DNA from: the human T2T-CHM13v2.0 reference genome, Homo sapiens
Reading direction: 5' to 3' (one strand)
DNA: 64,000 bases
Assembly: GCF_009914755.1 (NCBI RefSeq)
Contig: NC_060926.1
This document shows, one piece after another, positions 14,780-28,907 of this stretch. A model generated the notes under the pieces. That model made no database searches. It saw only the letters and a list, made by a program, of their open reading frames with translations, and was not told the origin of the DNA. The position numbers were made by a program, and so were the translations under genes. The first letter of the stretch is position 1. The number at the start of each line of letters is the position of its first letter.

Positions 14780-15347
14780 TAAAGGGGATCACAATATACT
14801 ACCCTAAAACATGCTACATTGGCATAAGAATTATTTTAAACTGAAGGCAATTTAGAAACATCAAACATAGACACTTTCTGTACTCCTCCTTTCTGTCTAA
14901 AAACATAGCATAAATTCCCTTTTGTAAAAGAAATTTACATTTGTAAAGAAAATTTCCATATGTAAAGATGTACTCTTCTACCATACTAGGAAGAGGAAAC
15001 CAACTGCAGAGACAATTCTTATCTCCTGAGATGACCTGAGTCTGCATAACAAATCTTACTAAAAATTCTTATTTATCACATATTTCCTTCCCACAACTTA
15101 CCACCCTGCCAAGCCCAAATCCCTTTTTCTTTGTGTAGTCTCTTATCTCTATCACCCTTTGTTAAAATGGTATATAACCCCCAAGTCTAACTGCCTCCTT
15201 GGTGTTTTCACTTCTTTTCTGTGAGATCCCCCTCTCCATGTGCATGTGAAATAAACCCTTTCTCCTGTTAATCTGCCTTTTGTCAGTATAGTCCAAAAAT
15301 CCCAGCTACTGAATCTAATAGGGTAGAGAAGTTTTTCTTCCTCTACA
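14780..15347 (+). mobile_element. ERV1 solo LTR, MER34-family
   Basis: Homologous to 6700-7208 (ctcctgttaatctgcc, gggtagag...ctaca); AATAAA near 15250; 4-bp TSD atag. Confidence 0.8.
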
Positions 15348-15838
15348 ATAGCATTTAGATGTTTTGCTGAGATCTAAGGTATGATTACTTCAGTGGTGAT
15401 TTGGAATCATCTTTTCAAACTCAGAGACAATATAACAGTACTTGGATAATTAAGGAATTTGTAATATAAAAATGATTATTAATAACCCCAAATTAGTTTA
15501 CTTGCAAATACATCAAATGAGGAACTTCAAGTGTTACATGCTATAGGAAAAACATCTTTATGCTTACACAAACATTTATATGCTTCTTTCTAAGTTTTAT
15601 AAATTAATAATAATAGGAAACTGTTTACAGATTAAAACTGGTTGAACTCAATGTGACTAAGATATGTTTTAAAATGAGTACTTGTATTGAATTACATGCT
15701 TTGCTTTCTCCAATTTTCTGTATTTAGTAGTTAACATTTTTTCATTGATACCATAAAATGGGTAGGAAAAATGAGAAGTGAAGAGAAGAAAAATGATTTC
15801 TAACTGAAAATAAAAGGTGCCTATAAAATGTTTTACCA

Positions 15839-16740
15839 CATAAACAAACAAACAAAAATCCTAAGGTCTCCCACCAACTAAATGGACTCCCTCTTGGCCA
15901 ACAGGGCCCCAAAGAAACCTGAAAAACTGAATTCCTAGCCATGATGGGAAGAGAGGTTGGACAAGCCTCCTCATACCCCCGCCTTTTGGTGTTTAGGCAC
16001 AACTGACCAGCATTAACATTGAAATAGAGATTATAAGGCTGACAACACAGACTGTGGCAATAAGATACCAAATTCCAATCCAACTCTGGTATAGTATCAT
16101 ATGACAGATAGCAGATTCTAAAGGAGATACAAATATTTTATCCCAAAATATATTTCTTTGACATATTTTGAAAAGGCCCCGCAAAGCCATCCCTTGTGGG
16201 GGAATTTGCAACTGTGGAGAATTTCCATTCATATAGCCAGGCCTTCCCTTTCTAGGTCTTTCCTGGACCTAGGAGTGATTAAACAAGAATGTGACACCTT
16301 TAAGGTCTAAAAGAGACATTTACCATCTTTTCTCTCCAAAGGCTGCTACCCAGAGGCTTCATCTACATAACAAGAACAAGAACCTTGGTCTCCACAACTC
16401 CCTCTACCTTAACTCAAGCATTTCTTTCTACCGACTTCAAGTCTTTAAGCAAAGTTTAAGTCTTTCAACCAATTGCCAATCAAAAAATATCTGAATCCAC
16501 CTATGACTGTAACACTTCAAGATATAACACCTCTTTAGGCTGAACCAATGTTCTTCCATGTATGGATTTATGATTTTACCCATAATTTCTGTCTCCTTAA
16601 AATGTATAAAACTGAACTAACCCAACTGCCTCAGGCACATTTTCTCACAAGCTCTTGAGAATGTTCTCTGGGCCTTGTTACTCATATTGGCTCAGAATGA
16701 ATTTTTAAATATTTTACAGTGTTTGGTTTTTCTGTTAACA
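15839..16740 (+). mobile_element. ERV1 solo LTR, MER4D/E-like
   Basis: caactgaccagcattaacatt, cccaaaatatatttctttgacatattttgaaa and terminal ctcatattggctcagaa...gttaaca. Confidence 0.8.
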
Positions 16741-17151
16741 ATAGCATGGTTTGCATAAATGTTATATGCTATTTCACTGGAGAAAAAAACTTTAAGTTAA
16801 TCTACCATTATTGAATGTGGCATAAAATACATAGTACAATATAGGAATTCAATAAATAACTGAACAGCAGATCAATCATTTTGCAATGTTTAAAATATCA
16901 ATGAAATTCATTAAATTAACATTTACTGTGCAGTTTTATAAACAATGAACTACTTTCATTTTTTTTTTTTTTCTTTTGAGACAAGGTCTTGCTCTGTCAC
17001 CCAGGCTGGAGTGCAGTGGTGATCACAGCTCATTGCAACCTTAAATTCTGGGGCTCAAGCAATCCTCCTACCTCAGGCCCCTGAGTAGCTGGGACTACAG
17101 GCACATGCCACCACATCAAGCTGATGATTTTTTAAATTTTGTAGAGATGGG

Positions 17152-18001
<850 letters not shown>

Positions 18002-20051
18002 CAGGATTTTGCCACATTGCCTAGACTGGTCTTGAACTCCTGGGCTCAGGCAATCCTCTTGCCTTGGCCTCCCAAAGCGTTATGATTACAGGCATGAGCC
18101 ACCATGCTGGGCCTATTTTCCTCATACATAAACATTTTAATCTAATTCACTACATTATATTTTTTCAAATTAAAGTCTACTTCTTGTATCTTATTTTCAA
18201 CAAAGACAATAAAAGCTTTTTTAATGTAGAAGTATTTTGCTCTCCACAGGAAATTTGAAAACACTAGAAATAAGCAAGAAAAGTATTATAAATGTTAATT
18301 CCCTTCTCTTCTCCCCAACAATGTTATTTCTTTTTTTTATTCCTGATTATTTCTTTTAGTAAGGAAACTTTTCCATGGCTACAGTTCAAGACAGTAGTCC
18401 AAAAAAAACCACAACAATAAAATTCTGCAGGTAATGCCACTAAAACATTTATAAAATTTCAAAAATGTTTAACGTTGTTCTTGCCTACAGTGGTAGTCAT
18501 TGGGTCAGAAGTCAAAGGAATCATTATCTCCTTTGTTCACCCTGTGAAAAATGATACACATAGGCAGGCAATTTAGCATTTTAAACCTAGTCTGGAAGTC
18601 TATATGATGCTTCTTAAAAGCTAGCACATTACATACATGAAAATAATATGACTACACTGGCAAAATAGTACTTTTTTTTCAGGTAACAGTCTAGAGAATA
18701 TGTATATAAAGATTATACGTTAAAAAATAAGTATTCTCAACTGAAGATTTGGTTCTGCATTGTACTTCAAAATGGCTCAGTTGTCTGGAGAAGTAGAAGG
18801 GGAAAAGGAGAACAATATGCATTTGATATTTGCTATCTACAGAGGTATATTCCGAATTAAAGGCTAGTAAGTCGGTCAGCATTCAACTCTAGCTTTGGAT
18901 CTATTCTAATTTCTTATACTATAAAGTAAGGAAGGAGGAAGGGCAGGGAGGAAGAGAAACAGAAGCCACTGCCACTGCCTCGTGGCTTAGGAAAATAATC
19001 ATAGTAATTCTATATATACACTGCTATCATATTTTAAGTCAAAATTAGAATTGAATAACAAACTTTACAAGTTTCTTATAAATTATTCATCATATTAAGA
19101 TACAGTTACATTTAAGTGAAAAAATCAAAGTAAGGGATCTAACCGTTGTTTAAAGATAATTCACAAATGAAAATCATGACTCATACAGATATAAAAATAA
19201 ACACGTTAAAAGTTTAATTGTAAGCATTAATCAATGAGGGGATCAGGCAGATGATATAACCACTTCAAAAGATAATCTGAAGAACAGACACATTTATAGA
19301 TTAGAAATTTTGAAATGTATGTGCAAATAAGGGCAAAATGAGTTTTTCCACAATGGTATGCATGGGAGAGGTATATGACTGAACCTTCGCTGGACAAGGC
19401 AAAATATACATGTCTATAAATGCATTACTACCAGTTATCTACAAGTTACAGAGTTTAAAATAGGCCAAAGCCAAGGAAAGGCTAGAATCAGATAACCTGA
19501 GAAAATGTGCTGCATGTAGACAAGGCAGTTTTCCATTGAAACACATATTTTCACTATGTTTTCTAAATTATTTTTCTCACTGCACTTTAAGCCATAGAAA
19601 ATATCAATATGGTAATAGCTAAGCTTCAACAAATCAATAAAGTTTAAACTTACAAAATCTTCAAGAAAAAAACTGAGTACCAGCAAAGTGGAGGAATACT
19701 TATAAAAGACCTACATAGAGTTGGAAGTGACTTACAGGGAAAAAAATCAGGAAAATGAGAATCAGATATGTTATGAAACTTACACAGATTGTTTTACTTC
19801 TATTACTCCATTTGTAGTAAGATAAACTTTCAGATACCTGCCTTCCTACCCAGTGCTACAGCATTCTAGTTACCAGTACTAGAAATGCAGCTTGTTTTCC
19901 ATTGTTTTACATTTTCCCAAAGAAAACCATTAACCTTCAGCATGCCAAATAAGTTAGCTCACTATCTACGATCAAATTTTACTAATTCAATAAAGAATAT
20001 TTACAAAGTTGTTTTTTAATACCCTATAAATACTACTTAATAACTTGCGAA

Positions 20052-20344
<293 letters not shown>

Positions 20345-20680
20345 GGAAAAATATTTGAGAAAACCCTTTGCGAAAAACTCAGCTTCTTAAGATTAGTTTT
20401 TTGGTTTTCAGTTTTCAAAAAATCAGACTGCATTGGAAAAGGATAATACATAAGTTTCATAATTCAAACTTCTTTGTATTCACTATTTTCCTACCTTAGA
20501 TTCAAGTAACCAGTAGTGGTTAAGGTGTGGAAACTACCAATCTGTTTATTTAATAATTAACTGGTAAAGAAGTTCCTTTTGGAATTGTCATCGTGATCTT
20601 CAGTTTTACAAATGTGCATCTACATTAGGATATTACAGATTTTTACTCCAGTGCATATCTTACTACTTGTTTGTGAACTC

Positions 20681-21519
20681 TGATGGTGTGTTTTCCTCTT
20701 AGTGTTGGAGTCTCTCTCTGGAGAGTGGCTATAAATTCAAGCCCTGCCCTAACAGGGTTCCAGGGGAAGTGGTCATGGATGCGTATAGTTTATCTTTAAC
20801 AGGATACTTTTTTATCCAGTCGATGGCCTAATGCCTAAGTGTCTGACCCATGACGAGGTGTCACAGGAAACTTTTTTATACCAGCAGATATACTTGTGGC
20901 TCTTGTCTGACCTGTGTCCAATTTATTTCTCCCAAGATAGCCACTTTCTAGGAGAGCCCTGACCAGGAGGAGAGTCAGGTATGGATATGTCAGGTGAGAC
21001 ACAGAGAAGGAAACAAAAAAGCAAAGTGCATGACATAACAGAAGCAGTGTATTACTTGGTGATTATTGCAGAGAAGAGGACAGCACACCTCAAAATGCCA
21101 GAAAAGTGAGGCCACTTGCACATGCAACCAGCAGGTGGGATCACAAGAGAGAAAGGAAGAGATCAAAGCACTTTATTACGGCTCAGGGTGTTACCGGTGG
21201 GCTTACAAAAAGCAGGCATGAGCTCCGTGGAGTCATGCTGTCACTCAGAGGTGGTCAATGAGACATATCTGGGCAGCCCATGCAGGGTATGGGGGTTGGG
21301 GGGCAAGTCAAGTAGGTTGTACCTAGCTGGCCCAAAGGGAGGTCAACAAAGGAGTCTGCATAAGGCAAATATCTGGATTGGCAACATTAAGAAACTGGCA
21401 GGAGGTAGGAATTAGAAACTGTGTCAAGGGTGACTAAGCCCTGTTTCTGGTATGAAAAAGTCCAACTTAATATTCAAGACGGATGCCTAGGTAACAAACA
21501 ATTATAGGAATTTACTATA
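20681..21519 (-). mobile_element. ERVL solo LTR, MER54/MER74/LTR53 group
   Basis: gaaactgtgtcaagggtgactaagccctg...ttataggaatttactata is the reverse complement of this group's 5' end. Confidence 0.65.
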
Positions 21520-21524
21520 GCTGA

Positions 21525-21823
21525 TTTTTTTTTTTTTTGAGACGGAGTCTCGCTCTGCCTCCCAGGCTGGAGTGCAGTGGCGCGATCTCAGCTCACCGCA
21601 AGCTCTGCCTCTTGGGTTTTATGCCATTCTCCTGCCTCAGCCTCCCAAGTAGCTGGGACTACAGGCATGCACCACCTACGCCAGGCTAATTTTTTCTGTA
21701 TTTTCAGTAGAGACAGGGTTTCACTACGTTAGCCAGGATGGTCTCGTACTCCTGACCTCGTGATCTGCCCGCCTCGGCCTCCCAAAGTGCTGGGATTATA
21801 GGCATGAGCCACTGCGCCAGGCC
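21525..21823 (-). mobile_element. AluY
   Basis: Y diagnostics; TSD tatagctga. Confidence 0.9.
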
Positions 21824-22910
21824 TATAGCTGAATTTTAAACAGGAGCAAAAGATAGCACTAAAAGACCACTTCAAAAGAAATATATGGCAAAAAAAAAAA
21901 AATAGCCTTTGAGTGATAGGATGATTTTTAAATAAATGGTTGGTTTCAATAATTCGCAGCTATCACTCAGCATTCATATAAAATGCTTCTATCTGCAAAG
22001 CATATTATAAGTGTTAAATAACAGATTATCACAACACCAAGATATATGAGCATGTGAATCTTTATTTTTTTGGAACCAAAAGTTGCACTATAGGCTGTGT
22101 GAGCACATAGTGCAAGCAGTGGCCAAACTCTAATTTCAATTAGAGTGTTTTCCTCCCACTCCTGTGCCAAACTCAATGCTCCCACCTAATAGAATATGTC
22201 CTCTAAAAAGGACTAAGAATAAAACAAGAACATTGTACCTCCCATCCATTCAATTAACAAGTCTTTATTAAGCACCTACTAAGTGTCAAGCACTGTTCCA
22301 GGAACCTGGGAAATACTGATAAACAAAACAGACCAAAATTGCTACCTGCATAGAGCTTCTATTCTAGTAAGGGAAAACAGCAGTAAACAATAATAAATAA
22401 GTGAACTATATAGTATGTAACAAAATGAAAAGTGTTGTGAAGACAAGACAAAGTAGAACAGGAAAAGACTGGGAATGCTGGGGGGATGATAAAGTATAAT
22501 TCCTAATATAGTGGTCACAATGGGCCTCGCTGGGAAGATTTGAAGCATATGAACGAATGAGCCAAGAGTGTATCAGAGAGAACATTCCAGAAAGAGAAGT
22601 CAGCGGGAGGGCTGAGAAAGGATCACACCTGCTGTATCTGAGAAGCATGAAGACTGGTCAGGCTGAAGCAGAATGGGGGCAGGGAAGAGGAGGCAAGGAA
22701 GCAGTAAGAGATGAGTTAGAGAGGACCTTATAAGGCACTGTGAAGGTTTGGCTTTTACTCTGAGTGACAGGGAAAGCCAATGGAGAGTTCTGAGCAGAAC
22801 AGTGACATGAGCTGACTGTGGTTTCAAAAAGATTACTCTGTGCTGGGAATAGACCATAAGGGGAAAGATCAGTTAAGAACTAGCTCAGTTACCCTCCTGA
22901 GGGATTACTG

Positions 22911-23285
22911 TGTGTTAAGGTAGGATAAGTCACTATGACAAATCAACCTTAATATATAATAACTAGACACAACAGAAGTTTATTTCTCGTTTATATAACA
23001 TTCCTGTATATGTACTCAAGTTGGCAAGACAACTGTCCTACATCCATATCCCCTCCATTTTGTAGATATACCATCTCCTTGTGGAGATGTTTTTATCTGA
23101 ATGCAAGCAGGATTTAAGTTGGCAAAAAGTTTTAATGGGTCTAGCATTGAAGTTAACGTCTGTTCCCCTAGAGAAAACTGTCAAATTGACGTAAGTATCT
23201 ACAAGAGGCTGCGAAAATTTAGGCTACCCAGGTTTTCAAAGAAAGGAAGACTGGATTTTGCCGAGTATCTCACAGTTTCCACAGT
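22911..23285 (-). mobile_element. Old ERVL/MaLR LTR fragment (LTR33/MLT1-like)
   Basis: tgtgttaaggtaggataag...acacaacagaagtttatttctc. Confidence 0.5.
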
Positions 23286-23331
23286 TCATCCTTGCTTGGT
23301 AGCCATGAAACAGGTTACCACTAAAAGTTAG

Positions 23332-23708
23332 TGATATGGTTTAGATCTGTGTCTCCACCCAAATGTCATGTTGAATTGAAATCCCCAATGTTGGAGGTGG
23401 GGACTGGTGGGAGGTGACTGGATTATGGGGGTGGATTTCCCTCTTTGGTGCTGTTTTTGTAATAGAGTTCTCACGAGATTTGGTTGTTTAAGTGTGTGGC
23501 ACCTGCCCTCTGTCTTCCTCCTGCTATGGCCATGTGAAGATGCCTGCTCTGGCTTTGCCTTCCACCATGAATAAAAGTTTCCTGAGGCCTCCCGAGCCAT
23601 ACTTCCTGTACAGCCTGTGGAACTATGAGCCAATTAAACACCTCTTTTCTCTATGTATTACCCAGTCTCAGGCATTTCTTTATAGCAATGTGAGAACAGA
23701 CTAATACA
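23332..23708 (+). mobile_element. MSTA-like MaLR solo LTR
   Basis: tgatatggttt...agactaataca; perfect 5-bp TSD gttag. Confidence 0.88.
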
Positions 23709-24763
23709 GTTAGGATTCTGGACATATTCCAAAGATAGACCCAATATGACTTCCTGATTTTGGTCTGGGAAACTGGAATTAAGTAACTGCCATCAATTGA
23801 GATCTGGAAGGCTGTGGTAATAGAAGGTTGGGGAGGAAGGTGAAGCTCAGTTCTGTTTTGAACAGGCTATTTCTGTTGGAGATGTCTATTAGACATATGA
23901 GAGGGGATGTAGAGTAGGAAACTGGATATATATGTGTGTATATATATAGGTATATAGGAGTTTGGGAGAAAGGACTGGACATATAAAGAAATGTAAGTTA
24001 CATTAAAACCTGAAACTGGTAAGATCATAATAAAGTAAATATAGGTAGAGAAGAGAAGAGGAGAGGATTTGGGGGCACCCCAAAATCAAGAGATCAGGTT
24101 GAAGCAGCACCAGAGAAATAGACTGTGGGGGCAAAAGAAAAAATAAAAGAATGTAGTATCCTGGAAACAAAGTGAGAAAAATGTATCAAGGAGGAGAAAG
24201 TCATCACTTGTATCAGATGCTCCTAATGGGATGATGAGAGGAAAAAAAAAACTACTAGATTTGTATGTATAGGGAAGTCAGTACTGACCTTACCAAAGCA
24301 GTTCTGCTTGGAGTGGCAGTGGGTAAAGTTCTGAGTGCAGACAGCAAGTACAGACAACACTTTGAAATATTTTCTACAAAAGAAAGCAAAGAAATTGAGC
24401 GAGGCAAATGGAGAAAGCAGGGTCAAGAGAACTTTTTAAGATAGGAGAAATAATAGGATATTTGTGGGCTGACGAAAATGATCTTGCAGAAAGGGAAAAG
24501 CTGTTGATGGTGGAGGAAAGGAGAAAATTGCTAGGATTATGTCCTTAAGCAGATAGAGAGGAAGTGAGGTTTAGTGTAGTGAAGAGCTAGCTATCACCTA
24601 TGAGGTTAAGCAAGAATGCAGAACATACAGACACAAATACTGATGGTTGGGTGGATGTGACAGTGGAAGTTTGTGGAAGTTCTCTTCTGATGGCTTTAAG
24701 CAGGAGTAAAGTAGGATACAAAATTATGAGCTGAAAATTAGGAGAGGGAGTAAGGTATCAGAA

Positions 24764-25309
24764 CAGTGGTCCCCAACCTTTTTGGCACCAGGGACCAGTT
24801 TCGTGGGAGACAATTTTACAATTTTTCTACAGACAGGGGTCAGAGGTGAGGGGATGGTTTTGGAATGATTCACGCACATTACATTTAGTGTGTACTTTAT
24901 TTCTATTATTATTACATTGTAATATATAATGAAATAATTATACAACTCACCATAATGTAGAATCAGTGGGAGCCCTGAGCTTGTTTTCTTGCAACTAGAC
25001 AGTCTCATCTGGGGGTAATGGGAGACAGTGACAGATCATCAGGCATTAGATTTTCATAAGAAGTGCACAACCTAGATCCCTTGCATGGGCAGTTCACAAT
25101 AGGGGTCACACTCCTATGAGAATCTAATGCCACTACTGATCTGACAGGAGGCAGAGCTCAGGCAGTAATGTGAGCAATGGGGAGTAGCTATAAACACAGA
25201 TGAAGCTTCACTTGCTCACCTGCCTGCTGCTCACCTCCTGCTGTGCGGCCCAGTTCCTAACAGGCCACAAGACGGTACCAGTCTGTGGCACAGGGGCCGG
25301 GGACCCCTG
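24764..25309. mobile_element. MER1A (hAT-Charlie), second copy in the same orientation as the first
   Basis: cagtggtccccaacc...ggggacccctg termini; degenerate 8-bp TSD tatcagaa/tattagag. Confidence 0.9.
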
Positions 25310-25599
25310 TATTAGAGGTTTGAGAAGAGAGAAAGGGCATGACATGAATAAAGGCAGTACAGGGAGCATTAAGTACCAACTTGAAGTTCAGAAATTCCGA
25401 AATATTTCATTTTCCTCCAGCCATACTGTTACTTGGCAGAATGTGCAGAATAGGCAGAGATAGCAATAGGGTTGCAGTTTTGCCAAGCAAGTATGACATG
25501 AAAGAAGATTAGGAGAGTTGACTGGTTCCTGAAAATCTACTAGACTCCCTCTCATGCAACCCATGACCATCTTGTCAGCAAGTCCTGAGAATTCTACTG

Positions 25600-26110
25600 C
25601 TTTAAATATTCCCCTTTCCTAATCCCTCTTGACTATTCTCAGAACCAGTGTCTTGTAGGTTCTTTTCACTTATCACAAGGACTACTGTAATAGCCTCCTA
25701 AACCAGTCTTTTTGTCTCTAAAATATCCATCCTCTTCCCTGCAGCCAGTTGTTCTTCCTAAGCCTAATCAATCACGTTTTTCTCCTGCTTAAAATACTTT
25801 CACTTCTATAGTCTAAACTCTAAGCTTAGGACATAGAACCCTTTATTACTAATGCCTGGTTAGCTTTCCGGGCTTATCTTTTACCACTCTCCCACAAGTA
25901 CTCTGCCCTTGGCCAGAGGAGCTGCATACATATGTATCAAGGTAAGTACTACCAACTCTGCGCTTCTGCACTAAGTAAAGGTTGAGCTACCGCTCCATTC
26001 CCCACCTAGACTGGAAGCTCCTTCAGGAGAGGGATTTTGCTTTATTTGACTTGAAACCTGAGGGCCTGGCAGATGGTAGCCCCTCCAAGAATGCTGACTG
26101 AATGAACAAA
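25600..26110 (+). mobile_element. L2 3' portion
   Basis: ggactactgtaatagcctcctaa, ctagactggaagctcctt and terminal tgactgaatgaa. Confidence 0.7.
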
Positions 26111-26399
26111 TACATACATGTGACAGAAAGAACCAGAGCATCTCTAACAGATATAGGTATTAATGCACACATTTTGTAAGCCATATTATAAGAACATTGT
26201 ATTGAAAAATAAATTACACAAAGATATCTCATTCATTCATTCCACCCTATAAGCATTTAACAACCTATACTACACACCAGTCAGCATACCTAGGTGCTGA
26301 ACATAATCTGCTTGGGGGAGACAGGTGAGTAAAATGATTACAGTCAATTTCCTACTTCTATAAGTAGGTCTTTAGAAAAACATTTTTAAAACATGTGTT

Positions 26400-26716
26400 G
26401 GCCTGGCACGGTGGCTCACGCCTGTAATCCCAGCACTTTGGGAGGCTGAGGCAGGAGGATCGCTTGAGCCCAGGAGTTCAAGACAAGCCTGGGGAACATA
26501 GTAAGACCTTATCTCTACAAGAAAACAAAACAAAACAAAAAAGCCAGGCACGGCGGTGCACACATGCAGTCCCAGCTACTCAGGAGGCTGAGGTAGAAGG
26601 ATCACTTGAGCCTGGCAATGCAAAGCCACAGTGAGCTAAAATTGGGCCACTGCACTCCAGCCCAGGCAACACAGCAAGATTCTGTCTCTAAAAAATATAT
26701 TAAAAGTAAATAAAAA
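26400..26716 (+). mobile_element. AluJ
   Basis: J-type left arm; TSD aaaacatgtg. Confidence 0.88.
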
Positions 26717-28337
26717 TAAAACATGTGCTACCAAAATACATACTCAGTATTACTCTAATTGGTATTGTAGTTAGAATTTGAAAACAGTGTAAATTGTGTA
26801 ATTTTATCTACATTTCTCATTACACTAATAGCACTGACTTGTGTTTCAGTACATTTTGTCCAGCCTCAGTCTACTTTACCCATTTAGCCTAGAGAAAGAC
26901 AACCTCATTGTTACTATAATGTGCACCTGTACTCAAAAATGCTATCCAACTCCCTGCAACACTAACTTGAAAAATGTGTCACAGGGAATAGAAATTTGGC
27001 TTTATATGTTTAAAAAAAATCATCACTACATTTCCCACTGTGTGGATAGCAGGGGGAAAAGTGCGTCCACTTTGAGGGTCCATGTTTAATAATGGTCCAG
27101 TGCCAAATACACTGTATTAATATCAGTGAACAAAAGATATGGAGCTTCTCTCATATCTCTATCTGAATTAGATAGATTTTATACCTATGTAATAAATAGA
27201 TATAGCTTATACCTATGTAATTTATACTTGTGTCTACTCAGTCACTCTATATACATACATGCACACACACACATATATAGATACACATTTACTTGAATTC
27301 AACCAAGTGCTTAACATGAAATAACAAACAAAACCATTTTTACACAATAGAAAATAATAGTATATATTTTACATTTTTTATATACTGCATTTCACTGAAT
27401 AAATCATATATTTATATATACCTATAAATGACAGAGTTGTATACACAAAAATATGTACCATTACTTTATGGGTGATAAGGAATTTCCAGGGGTAATTCTG
27501 ACTATATAAGACTTTCACTTTACTTGCTAACTTCAGAATTAACTCTCCCATAAGATACAACTGTATCATGTAGCAACATTATTAAGAATAATTTTCAAGC
27601 TTTTAAGTATGTGCTTGGTTTTTAAAGCCTGCCTAAAATAATTAGTTGTGGCCTGGTCATCTTCTTCCTTTAAGAAGGATTATTTATATCTGAATTTCAA
27701 AATTGATCTCAACAATAACCTTTAATAAAAAAATCATTTATATTTTAGTGTCCACAATAGCAACTGGCAAGATTTTCTGGAATTAGGAAAAAAGCATTAG
27801 TTATAATTTGATTTTCTGTCAAATTATTTATTATTGCTAGATATTTTGCATTTTAGAGTTCTGCCACTAATAGTTTATGATTGTTTTAATAGTTGATAAT
27901 TCAGGTTTTGAAATAAGGTGATACACATTTGGTTTCAAAATGCTAACAGAAATTCACCTAAGAGCAGAACACAGAATTCATCACCAAAACAAGGGGTAGA
28001 CCACAAAAGAAAGGTCACACACACATGGCTAGTCACTAAATGTATGTTCCCTTTGAGCCTGGCATAGTTACTGAATTTGTAAGCTGTGATACAATACTAT
28101 CATTAGAAGAAAATGGAATGGAAATGTGCACATGCAAACAAATAGGGCCAGTGCTCCCTTTCCTATCATTGTAAGTAAGCATAATTCCGAAAGACAAAGT
28201 CACTGGATCCATTTTAAAAATTACAATTAGCACCCATAAATAATAATTATTACTTTTTAAAAACTATCACCTTATCAATTGTATTAACTTTTCTCTTTTT
28301 CTCTCAACATTTCAGTGGAGAAACAACATACAGTGTC

Positions 28338-28763
28338 TGATGTGGTTTGGGTGTTTGTTCCCTCCAAATCTCATGTTGAAATATGATCCCCAATGTTGGG
28401 GACAGAGCCTGGTGGGAGGTGTTTCAGTCACAGGAGCGGATCCTTCATGAATATCTCGGTGCCCTTCCCACAGTAATGAGTGAGTTCTTACTCTCTTAGT
28501 TACCATGAAATCTGATTGCTAAAAAGCCTGGCACCTCATCCTATTAATATTTCTTGCTCCCTCAGTTACCATGTGATATGCCAGCTCCCCCTCTGCCTTC
28601 CACCATGACTGTGAGCTTCGTGAAGCCTCAGTAGAAGCAAATGCTGGCACTGTGTTTCTTCTTGTACATTCTGCAGAACAATGGGCCAAAAATAAACCTC
28701 TTTTTAAAATACATTGCCCAGCCTCAGGTATTCCTTTATAACAGCACAAAATGAACTAACACA
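28338..28763 (+). mobile_element. MSTB-like MaLR solo LTR
   Basis: tgatgtggtttgg...aatctcatgttgaaa...aataaacctc...actaacaca. Confidence 0.82.
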
Positions 28764-28797
28764 GTAGCCCAAATCTAATTCCTCAGTTAAAAAAAAA

Positions 28798-28907
28798 TTT
28801 TTTTAAGAGACAGGCTCAAGAACTCCTAGGCTCAAGTGATCCTCCCGCCTCAACCTCCCAAGTAGCTGGAATTACAGGTGCACACCACCACACTACCACA
28901 CCTGGCT
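28798..28907 (-). mobile_element. Short degenerate Alu/FLAM fragment
   Basis: gaactcctaggctcaagtgatcctcccgcctc. Confidence 0.75.

Larger units (their letters stand above)
22245..25530 (-). mobile_element. Long fragmented L2, interrupted by an old LTR, MSTA and MER1A
   Basis: L2 3' end tttattaagcacctactaagtgtcaagcactgttc at about 22263; collinear L2 segments resume after each insertion. Confidence 0.75.

Noticed and set aside
19200-19800. Possible old repeat or LTR
   Set aside because: I could not match termini, a TSD or a consensus, so it is left unannotated.
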